This document shows, one piece after another, positions 37,500 through 50,785 of a DNA stretch of 64,000 nucleotides. Source of the DNA: Oculina patagonica (lineage: Eukaryota). The stretch lies in contig NC_135761.1 in assembly GCF_052425735.1 (NCBI RefSeq), forward strand, positions 8,494,001 through 8,558,000. The letters run 5' to 3'. The notes beneath the pieces are model-generated. The model was not told the DNA's origin. It saw only the letters and a program-made list of their open reading frames with translations, and did no database searches. How positions within the stretch are numbered: the stretch's first letter is position 1; each line of letters opens with the position of its first letter. The translations under genes were made by a program, and so were the position numbers.

Positions 37500-38700
37500 T
37501 TCAAATTCTTATGAAATGAATTAAGCTGAGAAGAAGGTGCTGGCGTTTGATGCAATGTGCCTCTTTGTTTAGGAGAAGATTACAACTATTGTCACAATCT
37601 AACACTGTTGTATTATCAAGGACTACTTGGGTGAAATATTCTTTGTCACAACTAACAGGAGGTGGAACAATATCAGTATTTACAGTATCCGGTAAATTAC
37701 ACAAATTGCGAATGAAAAGTAGATGATCACAAGTTCGCAAGTGTTTTTAAATTGCGCTCCCTTTGTCAGAGATAGCGTGTTTATGTGTTCAGACGAAAAG
37801 AGTTCTGTCCGTTTAGCCGATTTACACTGATTGACAACCAGGGCAATTGAATTTTTAAATAACGTGATTTTTTTCAAAAGTGGCACTTGATCTTTGTTGA
37901 TTGTGTAAAAACATAGTTTCTTTGTTTTGTTTTGTTTTTTTTTTTCGCATATTTTTATCTCAAGTTTGCAAGACATCTACGAAGCTTTCTTCCGAAGGAT
38001 CTTACAGCAAGGCGCCCAAATGTGTGACCACTTTTAATTTATTCACATTCTTTCGTGCAGATTTAATCGGATTTAATCCAATCAAAAGCCGTGGATAGCT
38101 TGCAGTTGACTTCTGATTGGATTAAATCTGCACGAAAGAATGTGAATAAATTAAAAGTGGTCACACATTTGGGCGCCTTGCTGAAAGAGTTGCGATGTTT
38201 TATGTCCAATGTACGGAACAGAAAGCCAGATTGTTATGGAGCCTTCCTTGTCTTTGTTCCCTCCTGTACGGATCTTTATATTCAGGGCATCATACGAGAA
38301 CCGGCGAATTACTCATCCACATACCTAATGCAGAACTTAATCATATTATCTGAAAGCAATTTAGATATAATTTGGTCATCCAATTCTGTCATAATAATGT
38401 TAGCTAAGACAGGGCCTAGGTAAAAACCTATAGACACTCCATCAACCTGCTTATATTATTTGTTGTTAAAACTGAAAGCGCTTTATTGCATGAATCCAGA
38501 ATAAGTTTCTTCAAATATCTTTTGCTAAAGGATGTAGATAAAATATCTGATCTTATTATAGATTCTGTCTAAAATAAGGTCAATAGTTTTCTTAAGAGGC
38601 ACATTGGTAAATTAAGATTCAACATCAAAAGAAACAAAGACATAACCTTGTTCAAAATTATGAGTGTTTATTTCATGAAAACGTTGAGCTGCCTCACAGG
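37500..38700 (-). pseudogene. Degraded PLE reverse transcriptase / GIY-YIG fragments
   Basis: Minus strand FVSFDVES*FTNVPL, YKQVDGVS..LGPVLANIIMTEL, IRYVD, WLSVPYIG and LLLNKEAHCIKR, with stops and deletions. Confidence 0.8.
38006..38183. mobile_element. Short palindromic MITE
   Basis: ~63-bp perfect TIR CAGCAAGGCGCCCAAATGTG...; flanks TA/AA; removal restores the PLE frame QLLRS. Confidence 0.8.
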
Positions 38701-39162
38701 CAGCCCAAGCTAACGATAAGAGCCACAGTCGTCTAAGACTCAATTTATAAGAATTTGTAATTAATAATTTCAATGTTTCTTTTGATTTATTTGATTGGTT
38801 TGTTCAGTTTTTACTAATTCAGCAAGACGTTTATTTGGCAACCTCCCTACTTTACATTTTACGCAAATGGCAAGTTTATAATATCAACTCAAACTTTTTC
38901 ACTGGATATGAGTTTAGTCAGATGAAGTTAACGAGGAATTCTATTTTATTTATTATTCTTTTTTGGTACTCCATTTTCAACCACTCTTGGGTGTATTACA
39001 GATCTGCTATACAATGGATTTTATTGCTTCGAAGCAATTTTGGAGAGAAACTTGGACGGTGCTACAAAAATATATATGTGGAATTTGTGGTGTGCTGGAA
39101 GAAGTTTATCTTGGTGACGAATATGAAAAGAACTGTTACAGCTGATAAAGTAGCATTTGTGA

Positions 39163-39496
39163 CTCAGGATACCTTGGATACTCAGGATACCCTGGATACC
39201 AAGTATACCCTGGAAACTTAGAATACCCTGGGTACTCGGGATACCCTGGATACCTAGGTTACTCTGGATCATACCCTGGAAACTCAGGATACCCTGGATA
39301 CCCAGGATACCTTGGATACCCTAGATACTTAGAATACCCTGGATACTCAGGATACCCTGAATACTCTGGATACTCTGAATACCCTGGATATTCTGGATGA
39401 TACCCTGGAAACTCAAGATACCCTGGATACCCAGCCAGGATACCTTGGATACCCTGGATACTTAGAATACCCGGGATACTCAGGATACCCTGAATA
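39163..39496 (-). repeat. Degenerate inverted copy of the 9-bp minisatellite
   Basis: GGATACCCT/GGATACTC units, reverse complement of the 36616-37312 unit. Confidence 0.92.
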
Positions 39497-41107
39497 CTAT
39501 GTAATATAAATGCCGCAAATCTGAGACTAAAAGCAACAACAAGCGATATTTGAATGACTCCATGACTACAGCAACGATAATGAACCACGTGACTCCCTAT
39601 GAGCAATATTATTGGTTTGCTACCCTCGCTACCTTTCACACATCACGGGCCAATCACAGTAGACCTTACGATAGCTGCTACAGAACTGGACATGCGATAT
39701 ACAATACTCGGCCGTCAGTAAGGTCAAAGGCACTTTGATCGCTTTTGAAGACTTTGAAGGTGGATATATCAGAGTTGTTTCCGTTTAACTTTTAAAAGTC
39801 ATAAAATATAACGTGACTCTTTCATTTATATCTCGCAGCAGCAATTCTATTTTGCACTGTGGTCTAAGCGATGATTTATTGTTGAGTTAAACACATGGAA
39901 AACGCGTATAACGCACGTAATGTTAATCCCTCAAATGGCAAGTAATCTAAAACATTTCCCCCGTCCTATTCCCCTTCCTCCATTGTGGCAATTTCAAGTA
40001 GGCGATGAAAAATGACCAGTTTTAAGCCAATCAACATACGTGACCTTCAATGCCCTATTGACAAAAAAAAAAACTAAATAAAAAAACCGAAGGTAGATTA
40101 TGAACCGGGGGCACCAGACCCCCACCCGGTTAACAAAGTCCTTTCCCGAAAGTATGAGACGGGCTTCGGCAGCTGGCGACCTGGGCCCGTCTAAAAAGAA
40201 CAAAGAAACAGGTATTTCTCCGACGGCAAGCATGCGCTATATATACCCACACTTAACAACATAACATAAGATAACTTTATTTCCTCACAACTTTTTTAAT
40301 AGGCTGCAAAGCACTCAACTAGAATGGTAAAATGTTCTTTGGGAGAAAGAAATTTAAATATGATTCCATATCAACCATCACCAAACAGCAAATTGGAACT
40401 GCTAAAATACCGCGCTACCGCTCATGTTTGCGCTGCTCGTTTTACGTAGCAAAACCTTTTTGTCTGCAAAGACAAAAATCCTTTGCAGACAAAAAATCGT
40501 CAGATAAACGCTACTTTTCTTATTAGAGGCAAAACTCCCTCCAATTTTCTTTCGTGCGTGAAACCACTACATGTATATGTAATTTGAGACAATGCTTCCT
40601 CTCCGTCTTACAGGCGAGAATCACACGCCTCAAAAATCAAACCAAACATAGAAAAAAAATATTTGCCATACTGTCATTCTCCTGATTAAATAACTGGCAC
40701 AAAAGGCAAAAGAATTGCACATTAATTGTTCAATGTATAGTTGTCGATGGCAAAGCTTTAATAGCAACTAAAACGCCAGTGAGTGTGCGAAGCATTAAGT
40801 TATCGATAACATACGGCTCTAAACAGTTTTCCTTTTCAACAGGAGAACTAGTTTAGTTGTCGATATCTGCTTGACAGCCAAAAGAGTGCAATTATCTGCA
40901 GCGAGTCTTTGTGTAAATACATTTACGAATATGCCAAACCATTAATGCGAAAAGACAGCTAATCCAATAAATTTGTCAATACCAAAGTTAAAGAGAGAAA
41001 AGAAAGGATTTTCAAATTTAATTATTAAATTAAAAACAATATAACGTAACAAGTGCCAAATTACCTGTACACTGACCCATTGGCATGAGACTAAACATTG
41101 CACCTTC

Positions 41108-41283
41108 GAGGAGCAGGGATGGCGCAGTGGTAAGAGCGCTCGCTTCCCACCAATGTGGCTCAAGTTCGTTTCCCGGACCCGGCGTCATATGTGGATTTAG
41201 TGTGCTGTTGGTTCACGTCCTTGTTCCGAGGGTTTTTCTCCGGTTTCTCCGGTTTTCCTCCCTCAACAAAAACTAACACTTCT
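41108..41283 (+). mobile_element. tRNA-derived SINE (truncated)
   Basis: GGATGGCGCAGTGG A-box, GTTCGTTTCC B-box, GGGTTTTTCTCCGG..TTTTCCTCCCTC core. Confidence 0.8.
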
Positions 41284-42965
41284 ATATAAGATTTTTATCT
41301 GCCATTTTCAATAATGAGCATTTGATTAAGAAGACTGAAATGTCACTGTTGTCTCAATTCATTTTCAGAGTTCACATCAGGGAACGCAGCATAAGTGACA
41401 ACCTTTGAATATAAAAGAAACGGATCTTGTTGCCAACAGGGGCGTGACTAGCAAGAGGCAAGACAAGGCACTTGCCTCGTCTATATTTGAACTCAAAATG
41501 AGAAACCAAGATATGTTTTGTTGGGAAATAATCCCCAGTTGAAAAAGATTGATTCTTTTGGAGAAACATCATACGAAATATGTTGAAAAAGTGTTTCAGA
41601 GTTTCTAGATTTCAAAATTTTCTGGGGACATTACCGCAGAGGCCCCTAGCAATATTTTGCCTTGTCTATGCCCGAAGTCTGATTACGGCCCTGGCCAAAG
41701 GTTTACGATCAAAACCCATCACATACGGGACAAAAGCTTTGTCTAAAATGACCATCAGGCGACAAATCGATTCATTATGGTAAATTTATTGGAGAAAGAA
41801 TATGAGAACAAAAACAGTAGACAGGAAAAAAAATTGCATTAAACCATGGTACTTTTTCCTCACTGATAAAAAGAAATTTTACTAGTTGCTGGTCAACTGT
41901 CCAGTTGGTCATTTCCATAATGCCAGTGTTAGGCAATGCCAGACATGTCATGCAGATCATTATCAAGATAAAGAGGCCCATGTTTCAAATCTGAATATGT
42001 TTCAAATGTTTCAAATCTGAAAGAAAAAAGTACAACAGATAAACAACTTTAAAGTTAAACAGCATTTTAGTCGTTCATGCTCATGGCAAAAAATCTTATT
42101 TTGCAGATACTGCTTAGTGGGCAAAAAAGCTCGTGTGTTGTTCGGTTGACGGGGTATTACATATCCATTTGAGAGCTCAGTTTAAGATATATACATGTAT
42201 TTATTTTTTTTAATCTGAGCCCAGTCAACTTTTGAGAAAATTTGCTAAAGGTGCTTTTTTAATTTAATTTAATTTTAATATGCCGAAAAGCAGTTATAAA
42301 TTGTAATCATCCACAATTCAACTAAACAACTTATTTTCTCATAATCAATGTCAAGCTCGGTTGTGAAATCTCTAGAATAGTTTGAATCGACTACACCTTT
42401 CTTCTTACAGGAACCTTTGAGATTCACACTTTAATATAATTTTACCCAAAGTTCACTATAAATATAAAATTCGGTTATTTAATCTTTTTTTTCGTTTGTT
42501 GTAAAAATGGCAAATACGTGCTGGTATAAATTGGAAATAATGTGGAAAATAACATTGTCAGCACTTGCCCGAGACTGAGACGTTCACATGTTTAATGTAA
42601 ATACGTTTTAGAGTGACTTTCTGCAAAACCGTAATGCACCCTAGCCTCTTCTTAAGATAAAACAGAATATCTCAGCCTGAAATCGTCTTTAGATCAAACC
42701 GTTCCGTCTGACAGCCGAGAGAGTGCAATTATCTGCAGCGAGTCTATGTATAAATAATTTTACGAAGGTTATTTTTATTTAATTTTAAAATGCTAAAACG
42801 TTAATGTGAAAAGACAGCTAATTCAACAAATTTTGTCAATACTGATGTTCAAGGGAGACAAGGAAGGGTTTTCAAATTTAATTATTAGAAACAATTTAAC
42901 GCACTGAATAAGCTTAAGGCAATTAAAAAAATAGATAAACTGGCAGTTCATGAACCTCAAAATGG

Positions 42966-44850
42966 GGGATCGGCTATTTACCGAGTTAGAGGTTGAGTTG
43001 AGTTTGAGTTGAGTTTGAGTTAAGATTGAGTTAAGATTGAGTTACCGTATTTCCAGTGTCTTTTCCTTTTTTTACAATAGAAAGTTCAAAATCGAAGGTT
43101 CTCATTATATTTACTGAAATAATACTTAACATCTTACTGACAAATTTACACTATTTCGCGTTTTACGCTAAGAACAATTCAGCTCTCGTGTTTTGTTGCT
43201 TGCAAATCATTACCTTTTATCGCGGTGTTGACTACAAGCAGTCCATCATTAATTTTCTTTCAGAGATAGTTTTATTCAGGCTATTCGAGAAACGCGAGAG
43301 GAAGAAAATAGGAGAGGCTAACATAATATTTTTTCTTTTGTCTCGCGCGTCGACTAGCTATGTTCAAACCGACATTTCAATTTTTGAAACCCTCTATCCA
43401 CCAGCTACTAAACTATTTTTTTTAAAGGCAAATGGAGACCCGATTAGAAAAATTAGTCTTAGCTCAGGGGTTCTGGCTACAAAATTTAATTTTGTGATAC
43501 GAAACTGATTTCACCATTATCCCGCAGTTTCTCTGTCTAGCCTTTCTTCGGGCTAATGCGAATTCTTTCCCACGGCAATCGCACGATCAGATCGGAATTC
43601 GTCTGAATGCCATGGTAACTCCACAATGGACAGAGAAATAATTCGCCTTTTCGAATTCTGGATATTTGGAGAACAACGTGTTTTAAGTGCGTTGAAGATC
43701 ATTCTTATCATTTGTTTTGTCCATTACGGTCGATCATGGAGTCTATAAGTAGCGATTCGGATTGTGACTCTGTTGCCTCCTACGCTGATGTAGTCAAAGG
43801 GGAGTCTCTTTTTAGTTCTTCACCAGCGCGCCTTACCAACAGCTGTTGGTTTAAATTCCAAGTCGAAAGTGAAGAAGAAGCAATGCAAATTGCCTTAAAG
43901 AAATCTGCCAGTGATGCACAGGTAACTGTCCGTTTGCCGCATCGTTGGTTTTCTGATACGAGAAAAAGGAAAAGCCTATGTTTTATCTGCTTTAAAAATT
44001 TAGGGTGACGAAATATCTGATGATGGAAGAATCAGTTTTCAGCGGGAGATATTTGCATTTCAGTAGAGGGCCTGTATGTACCTTCAAATGAAACAGCTGA
44101 TGGAAGGAGCTTTGCGGTGGAACGTACTTTTCGATTTTGTGCAAGAAAAGAATGTATTAACACACAACCAAAACAAAGCAATTTGATTGTGCCTCCAATG
44201 ACTATCATGCTTCCAGAAAATGTCAATGTTACACCTGAAGAATATCAGAATTTAATTAACGAGGAGATAGTTTGATCATACATTAGAGAATAATGAACGG
44301 TATAGTGGACAACACAAGATCGAAGTAGAGCTGATTGTTTTATTTACGTTAAAATTTAGTATCAACCACCATGTTGCGTAACATTTAATATTGTTGGATT
44401 CAATTTAGACATTGTATTTTAGTTTATTTTTTTTTTATTTTAACAACACGGAAATAAACAAAAATGTATTGGATTGTTTTTGGAAAATGTTTCGCATTTT
44501 TTCTTTTCTTTCACCGGCCCAGTGTACCAGCAGTTCGTTCAATGCGCTTTCACTGAATAATGAACAAAAAAAAGTTAGAAGGGGACTGGGTGGGTGGGGG
44601 GGGGGGGGGGTGTGGTGGGTTAGGACACGAAATGAGGATAACATAATTCTCTAAAATACAAAAGTATCAGTTTTCTTGCTTATTTGGTCGTAAAAAGTGA
44701 TTCGCATCTTAAATTAAACACTTTTTTAGCAAATACAAATGGAAAACGGTAACTCAATCTTAACTCAATCTTAACTCAATCTTAACTCAAACTCAACTCA
44801 AACTCAACTCAAACTCAACTCAACCTCTAACTCGGTCATTATCTTATCTC
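42966..44850 (+). mobile_element. Mutator-like element, 9-bp TSD, with internally deleted spliced gene remnant
   Basis: TSD TCAAAATGG at 42957-42965 and 44851-44859; empty site ~14975; ~100-bp TIRs with GAGTTGAGTTT/GAGTTAAGATT repeats; exon-like pieces 43737-43921 and 44004-44275. Confidence 0.88.
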
Positions 44851-46229
44851 TCAAAATGGACGTGCTGATTTTCTAAAAGCCTAATGCTATATTTCTATTA
44901 AAGAGCGCGTAATTTACATTTCAAAGTAAATAGATAACCTCTTTTTATGGCAAAAAACGTTAAATTCAAGACAAAAAAAAAATAAAATTTGAGACAACCT
45001 TTGGCCTTGGGAACTCCTGAGGAGAAAGAAGCATTTAAAAATAGCAATTTCTGGGTTTATCGACAAAACTTTAATTCAAATAAACGCAACAGTTGTTTTC
45101 GAAAGCAAAAACAGTTCTGTTTTGTTTCACTGGTGAAATTTGCACACCTAAATTTAGCCACCTTCCTCTTTGTTCAATCGCCGGGATCATGTCGTACACC
45201 TTTGAAGCCTAAATAATGAACTTTATTTGAATTTGAATCGAAATATCACTTACATGTTTGTTGAGAAATAAATTTTCTTGTTTTGTATTATGTCTCGGTA
45301 TTTTCTTCGATCGAATCGTTACAGCAACACGTTATATAAAAACTACACTCTACCATACAGGTATTTTTTGCTTACTCTTAAGTATTATATGGACACACAA
45401 AAAAATAAGGTTTTAAAAAATTGAACACAAAAGTCGTGATGTTACATAGAAGAGGAAATAAAGGAAAAATACAAAATCAATATGCCGAAACTGAATTGAG
45501 GAAATCGAAAGTGTAGGCAATGACGTTAAAAATTCTGATTGTGGCGTAAAAAATTGTGCACGGTTTGCCGGTTTGTCGGTCAAGATAATTTATCTTGATC
45601 GTGAAGTGTCGTGCCTGGAGACTGATTGACAAGTTCATGTGACAAGTTTCACGCACTTACGCTTGTAAAGCAACAAACTATAACAAGTATTTTTTTTACT
45701 CTCCTTGTTCAATCAGGGAAAACCTTTTTACTTAGCAAAACGTGCTTGGGAGCGCGACTTGACAAGAAACATCAGTTAAGGACAGTTACGAAATCTTTCT
45801 AGTTTCTAGGACACTTGTTTGGCGGTATATTCACCTTATAAAAAAAATCCAGAGAAACATTTCATGAACTAAATAAGTATACACGAGCAAATAGAACTTG
45901 TCAGACTCGCATGGCAAGGAAAACAGTAACTGCTGTTCGTGCTTATATTTAAAAAAATATCCGTGCTACAGTACAACCCTTACAACCCTTCCTTAACACA
46001 ATCATCCCACTTTGCATCGGATCGAACAACATTCTCGTTCCCAGCCTTTTGTCTTCCTTTTTGTTCTGAAAACGTTACCAAGATTTGGTTGTGCTTGCTT
46101 TGTAGCATGCCCCACAGTCTCGCGTCAAAAATGACGGCGCTACTCTACAATACGTGGTCATCCCAAGGGTACATGTTCTTTGGGCTATGTTTCCATTAAA
46201 ACTGGAACAATTTTGGCGTGGTTAGAAAA

Positions 46230-49200
46230 ACTTGCCAAAATACCTTATTTAACCTACTTTGTATATATATGGTATCACATCTCCTTGGTGAGCAACATTT
46301 ATTTTCAATGTCCTGCGGCATGATTTGGCACATGCCACACTGGCATCATGGTATGGTGCTGCTCCCAGAAGAAGCTCGAGATGTAGGGCCAGGAGTTCCT
46401 TCTATGCTAGTAAGCTGCTCTTCTGTTGAAGTGCCAGGGGTGGGGATTATGTCACTGCTATTCAATGACTCATCCTCAAGGTCATCTTCCATAATTAGGA
46501 GACCGTGTATGTAGTCCATACTACCAATTCCCCTCCGAAGGCTTCTGATGCATAGCTTACGGACCATTGATTCATCAAGTGTATGAATGAATTCCTAAAA
46601 GAACATGCAGAAATAAAATATAGTAGTTTGTGGAGGTTATATACAGTGTGATTGGTTTATTTTGGATTGAGCTACAGCTGTGTCCAAGGTGTATATTGAT
46701 AGTCTCCATTAGTGTTTTGGCCAAAAAAGTGAGGCTGTTAATTTGAATCATCAAGTATTGTTTCAAAACAAATCTTGTTTGACCAGCTGTTGAAACCAAG
46801 TGGTGGCATCATGTGAAACTGCAATACTCTTGAATTGGTGGTGTTGCAGTATTGACAGCTATACTGTATGTATTTTGCTTAGGTGCCAAAAAATATAAAA
46901 ATCTTATAAATTATGAAACCTCACCTTTACATCATTGTTCTTTTTTATTCGCTCCTCTTCTTCGCTCGGTCTAGATTCCATGCCAATTGCAACTGATATG
47001 GCTGCGGACGACTCTGTGATCCTACAGCTGTCGTTGTACTTGCACCAGGCTTGATAGGAAGAAAGGGTACTCAGTGAGTGACTGATACATTTCAAGTCGC
47101 ATAAAAGATTGAATCTTAATCAGCTCTCTTAGAAAACCTTTCAGCTCACAGAATAGGCATCCAAAAATACAACAAAGGCGAAACTTCTAAATGTTTCAAT
47201 GAACAAGAGAACTGCTGTACACGTGAAATAAGCACTGAATAATAATTGAACATAAACAAAGCATGGCCTAAATGATTCGATTTTTGTTGTTCCATTCGCG
47301 TCCAGCATCAACGATCTACACACAAAAATACAAACCAACTTAAAATAAAGTTCATAATTCAACGCAATCTCACTTTGTTTCGACACGGCTTTGCTGTCGA
47401 TCCACATCTGCAGTGGTTGCCACATGTTGTCCCTGCGGTTTTGCAAGGGCAGCCGTGATCAGCCCGGCACAGTTATCAGATTTGATAACCACGGCCAAAA
47501 CAAACCATTAGCCAATCAACCCCCAAGTTTGAGCTCATGTGACATGTTATCATGGCAACAGTTCTCATTTTAATATGGCGGCCATTTCAAGAAAGCTTGT
47601 TTATACGGCTCTCAGTTAAATGCGATTCAAATTGTACACTAAATTAAAGATAAATAAGTCTTGATTTGAATTTCCTCTTGGCCGCATGCATTTACGTTTA
47701 AATTCTTGTCTAAAATAACAGACAAAGCACATTTAGATTAGGTCATCGAACGCGCGCGGTCTTAGATCTTAGGTCTTCCGGAGTTTATTAGCTTTTATTG
47801 TATTCCCCTTGCTTGTAAAATAGTACTAGTATTTCTCCAAATTTGTTGAGACTTTTGAATTTGTCCAAGTGTACTGGTACACCAACAAAACCGTGAATGC
47901 CTTTATTTGAAGCAATTTCATCACCAACGCTGCTAATATTTATTAACTAAGACAAGAACGAAACCGATACAAAGGTAGAGAAATAAAAGATGCGTTGTTT
48001 ATTGAGTTTACACTCAGAACTTCTTCGTTTCAGTGCCTTCGGCGGTCAGTTGCTTCGATGATCTGTTGAATAAAGAAATATTTGGGTTAATAAGCGTGAC
48101 AAGATGAAAGAGGAAAATATACCGTCTACCGTAGTCACGCGCTTTGAATTTACATAACAATTGTTCGGAGCCGATATGTTGAAGATTGAAAAGTAGATGT
48201 GTTTTACTCGCTCTGAAAGCGTGTTGCGCGAAGAATAAGTTGAATAGATCTGTTACTCGTTCTGTAAGCGGATTGCACGAAGGATATATGTTGAACAGAT
48301 GTGTATTACTCGTTGTGAAAGCGTGTATAACAAACAAAATAAAGCCCGCTCATTAAAATATTCAAAGACTTTGTGACTGCGTGCCGCGATAACAATTGCT
48401 CATAATACTTCGCTAATTTCCCTGTCTACCACTAAACGACTGTAGACGGTACCACTTCGCCCTTTAAACATAAGCAGTAAAGAAACAAACAAACGATTTT
48501 CTAGATCTGTATGCAAAATGAAAGAGATAAATATACCGTCTACCGCAGTAACGCAGTTCATGATATTACATAACAATTGTTCGAAGGATATGTCCAAGAT
48601 TGGAAAGTAGATGTGTAGTACTCGTTCTGAAAGCGTGTTGCGCGATGGTTAAGTCGAATAAACAGATAAATGTGTATTATTCGTTCTGTAAGCGGGTTGC
48701 GCAAAGGATAGGGCGAACTGAAAGCGTGTTTAACAAACAAAATAAAGCCCGCTCAAATTCCATTGCGCATACAGCGGCCATTCTCTAAACACTCATAAAT
48801 TCAAAGACTTCGTGACTGCGTTCCGCGATAGTGTTGCTCATACTTCGCTGATTTCACTGTCAACCACAAAAGGACTACGGACGGTAGCACTAAGCCCTCC
48901 AAACATAAGCAGTAAAGAAACAAACGAACGATTTTCTGTATGTGAAAATCCATTATTTAGCCATTTAAGTTTACTCATTCTATAGAACGTACACTAGAAA
49001 CACAAACAATTAAACATGGCGGTCAGTAGAGGAATCAGAGAGCAAATCACAAAACCATAGTGCCCTCGTACATTTCTTTGTGCCCTCGGATGAGCAAGCG
49101 ATAAATCGAAAGAAAAATAACTGAAGAACACAGCATTTTTTCTACGTGTTCCACAAAAATGCGCAACTGACTTAAAATTGACGGCAAAGAATATAAACAT

Positions 49201-49882
49201 ACCTGGAATGAACTGTCATCCTCGAGCGATCTCTTCAAATCGTCAAACAAATATCCGCACAACTCACCACCGACGCTCGCCATTTTATGCACTTTTGAAG
49301 TTCATCTTTCTCTCAAGGTCATCGCGTAGAACTATGGGTAGAACACACGAACACAACCGAAAAATAGACGAACAAACGAAATATCCTCCGAAATCTCACC
49401 GAGTTGCGAAATGGCGCCATGTTGTGACGTCACGAGGTTATCAAATCTGATAACTGTGCGGGACTGGTGATTTGAATTTGCTGTCCGTTTTGTCGAACAA
49501 GTGCTTTTGCACGAACAGGATATGCGATTTTCCTTAATGACAAGAACAGTAGAGATCATAAATGACCGTTGCGTTCGAGCATATATCGAAAAACTACGAA
49601 AATTTTCACAAGTTAGAGTCTCTCACCTAATCGACATCGAAGGAAACTTTCCGCCACATCCTCTCTTGCCTCATCTGCGTCCATAATTTCGATTCTAAAA
49701 TATCGCACCGACGAAAAGTACTTCATAAACAAAGCAAAACCACGTTGTAATTTAGACGTAGAAGGGCTCATTTTGCACAAAATTCGACGACTTCGCTTAA
49801 TTCAAAATGGCGGATGCCTTTGAAACTCAACGAGAACTAAATGAAATCTCGCACATGCGCAGGTCATGACGTAACGCCTTTC
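46230..49882 (-). mobile_element. Mirror copy of the Kolobok-like fragment, interrupted by a 2-kb insertion
   Basis: Reverse complement of 11965-13600 with the same TGA. Confidence 0.55.
47460..49466. mobile_element. DNA transposon with 31-bp TIRs and 5-bp TSD (unclassified, possibly hAT5-like)
   Basis: TSD GTGAT at 47455-47459 and 49467-49471; TIR CAG(C/T)CC(G/C)GCACAGTTATCAGATTTGATAACC; empty site ~12375; internal ~415-bp diverged tandem duplication at 48105-48945. Confidence 0.9.
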
Positions 49883-50713
49883 AGCGCCTTGGGCGCTTTT
49901 TAAATTTATACACCTTGAGAATAGGCCCTTATTTGAGGTAGGCGCTTATTCGAGGATGGGCGCTTATTAAATTTTCACCATTTTTAGCAAGTAGTAAGTT
50001 TATGTTGCAAAATACAAAAACAATAACAAAACATGAAGATGTACCAAAGCAGAATTTTAACTGTTCATTGGAAGTTTCTGTAAAATTCTAAGAAAACTCG
50101 GGGTGGTCCCTTTGAAGTATTTAGTCAACTTCAATCTAAGTGTCACTAAAATTTATTATTATTTATTATTGAAATTAAGCAAATAAGCAAATTACGCTTC
50201 GCGTTTGCAAGAGAACAATAGAGTCTTAAAAGAAATGAACGGCTCCGTTTTGCGTATGAGGTCTCAAGAGGTTCTTTTATTCGGCAAGACACACGCTTCA
50301 TTTCAAATGGATTTTTAATACAGAAGAGAAACTATAGTACGGGAAATGTTGTTTTTAAATGCTAATTTGCCTTGTACCTGGTCGTCTGAGTCTAAATTCA
50401 GCAACTTTAGAATTTTTGTTGCATTTGTGTTCCAGAAGCTTCTCTGTGTCATCAGCTCATTTTCTTCTCTTTCAATGTTAGAAATCCATTGTTCAGCTTT
50501 TTTAACTTTCTTTCTCTTTCCCTTACTGAACCAGCTAGATTTTTCGGGACAACCTTTAAAAAATGTGGCTCTTTAATCCCTAGCTATATGCGAGTGAAAT
50601 ATCAGATTTTTACTTTGTAAACTTCAGTTCTTGAACACTTTTTAAACAATGCTAATTTTTTTAATTTGACATATCCACTACTTGATTTGAAGTATTCTCT
50701 TCAAACCGCCACA

Positions 50714-50785
50714 TCCCACGTGGTCTAGTGGTTAGGATTCGGCGCTCTTACCGCCGCGGCCCGGGTTCGATTCCCGTCGTGGGAA
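50714..50785 (+). tRNA. tRNA-Glu body with CTT (Lys) anticodon; T-stem mismatch
   Basis: Identical to the 11060-11131 copy; anticodon at 50747-50749; T7 terminator at 50786. Confidence 0.9.

Larger units (their letters stand above)
36334..39688. mobile_element. Non-autonomous DNA transposon with 8-bp TSD (hAT- or Zisupton-like) and inverted minisatellite arms
   Basis: TSD GACATGCG at 36326-36333 and 39689-39696; imperfect TIR (G/C)AGT..TGTAGCAGCTATCGTAAG..CT..TGATTGGC; empty-site homolog near 56625. Confidence 0.85.

Noticed and set aside
41108-41190. Additional tRNA genes at 41108 and 58196
   Set aside because: No proper cloverleaf; they continue into a SINE core.
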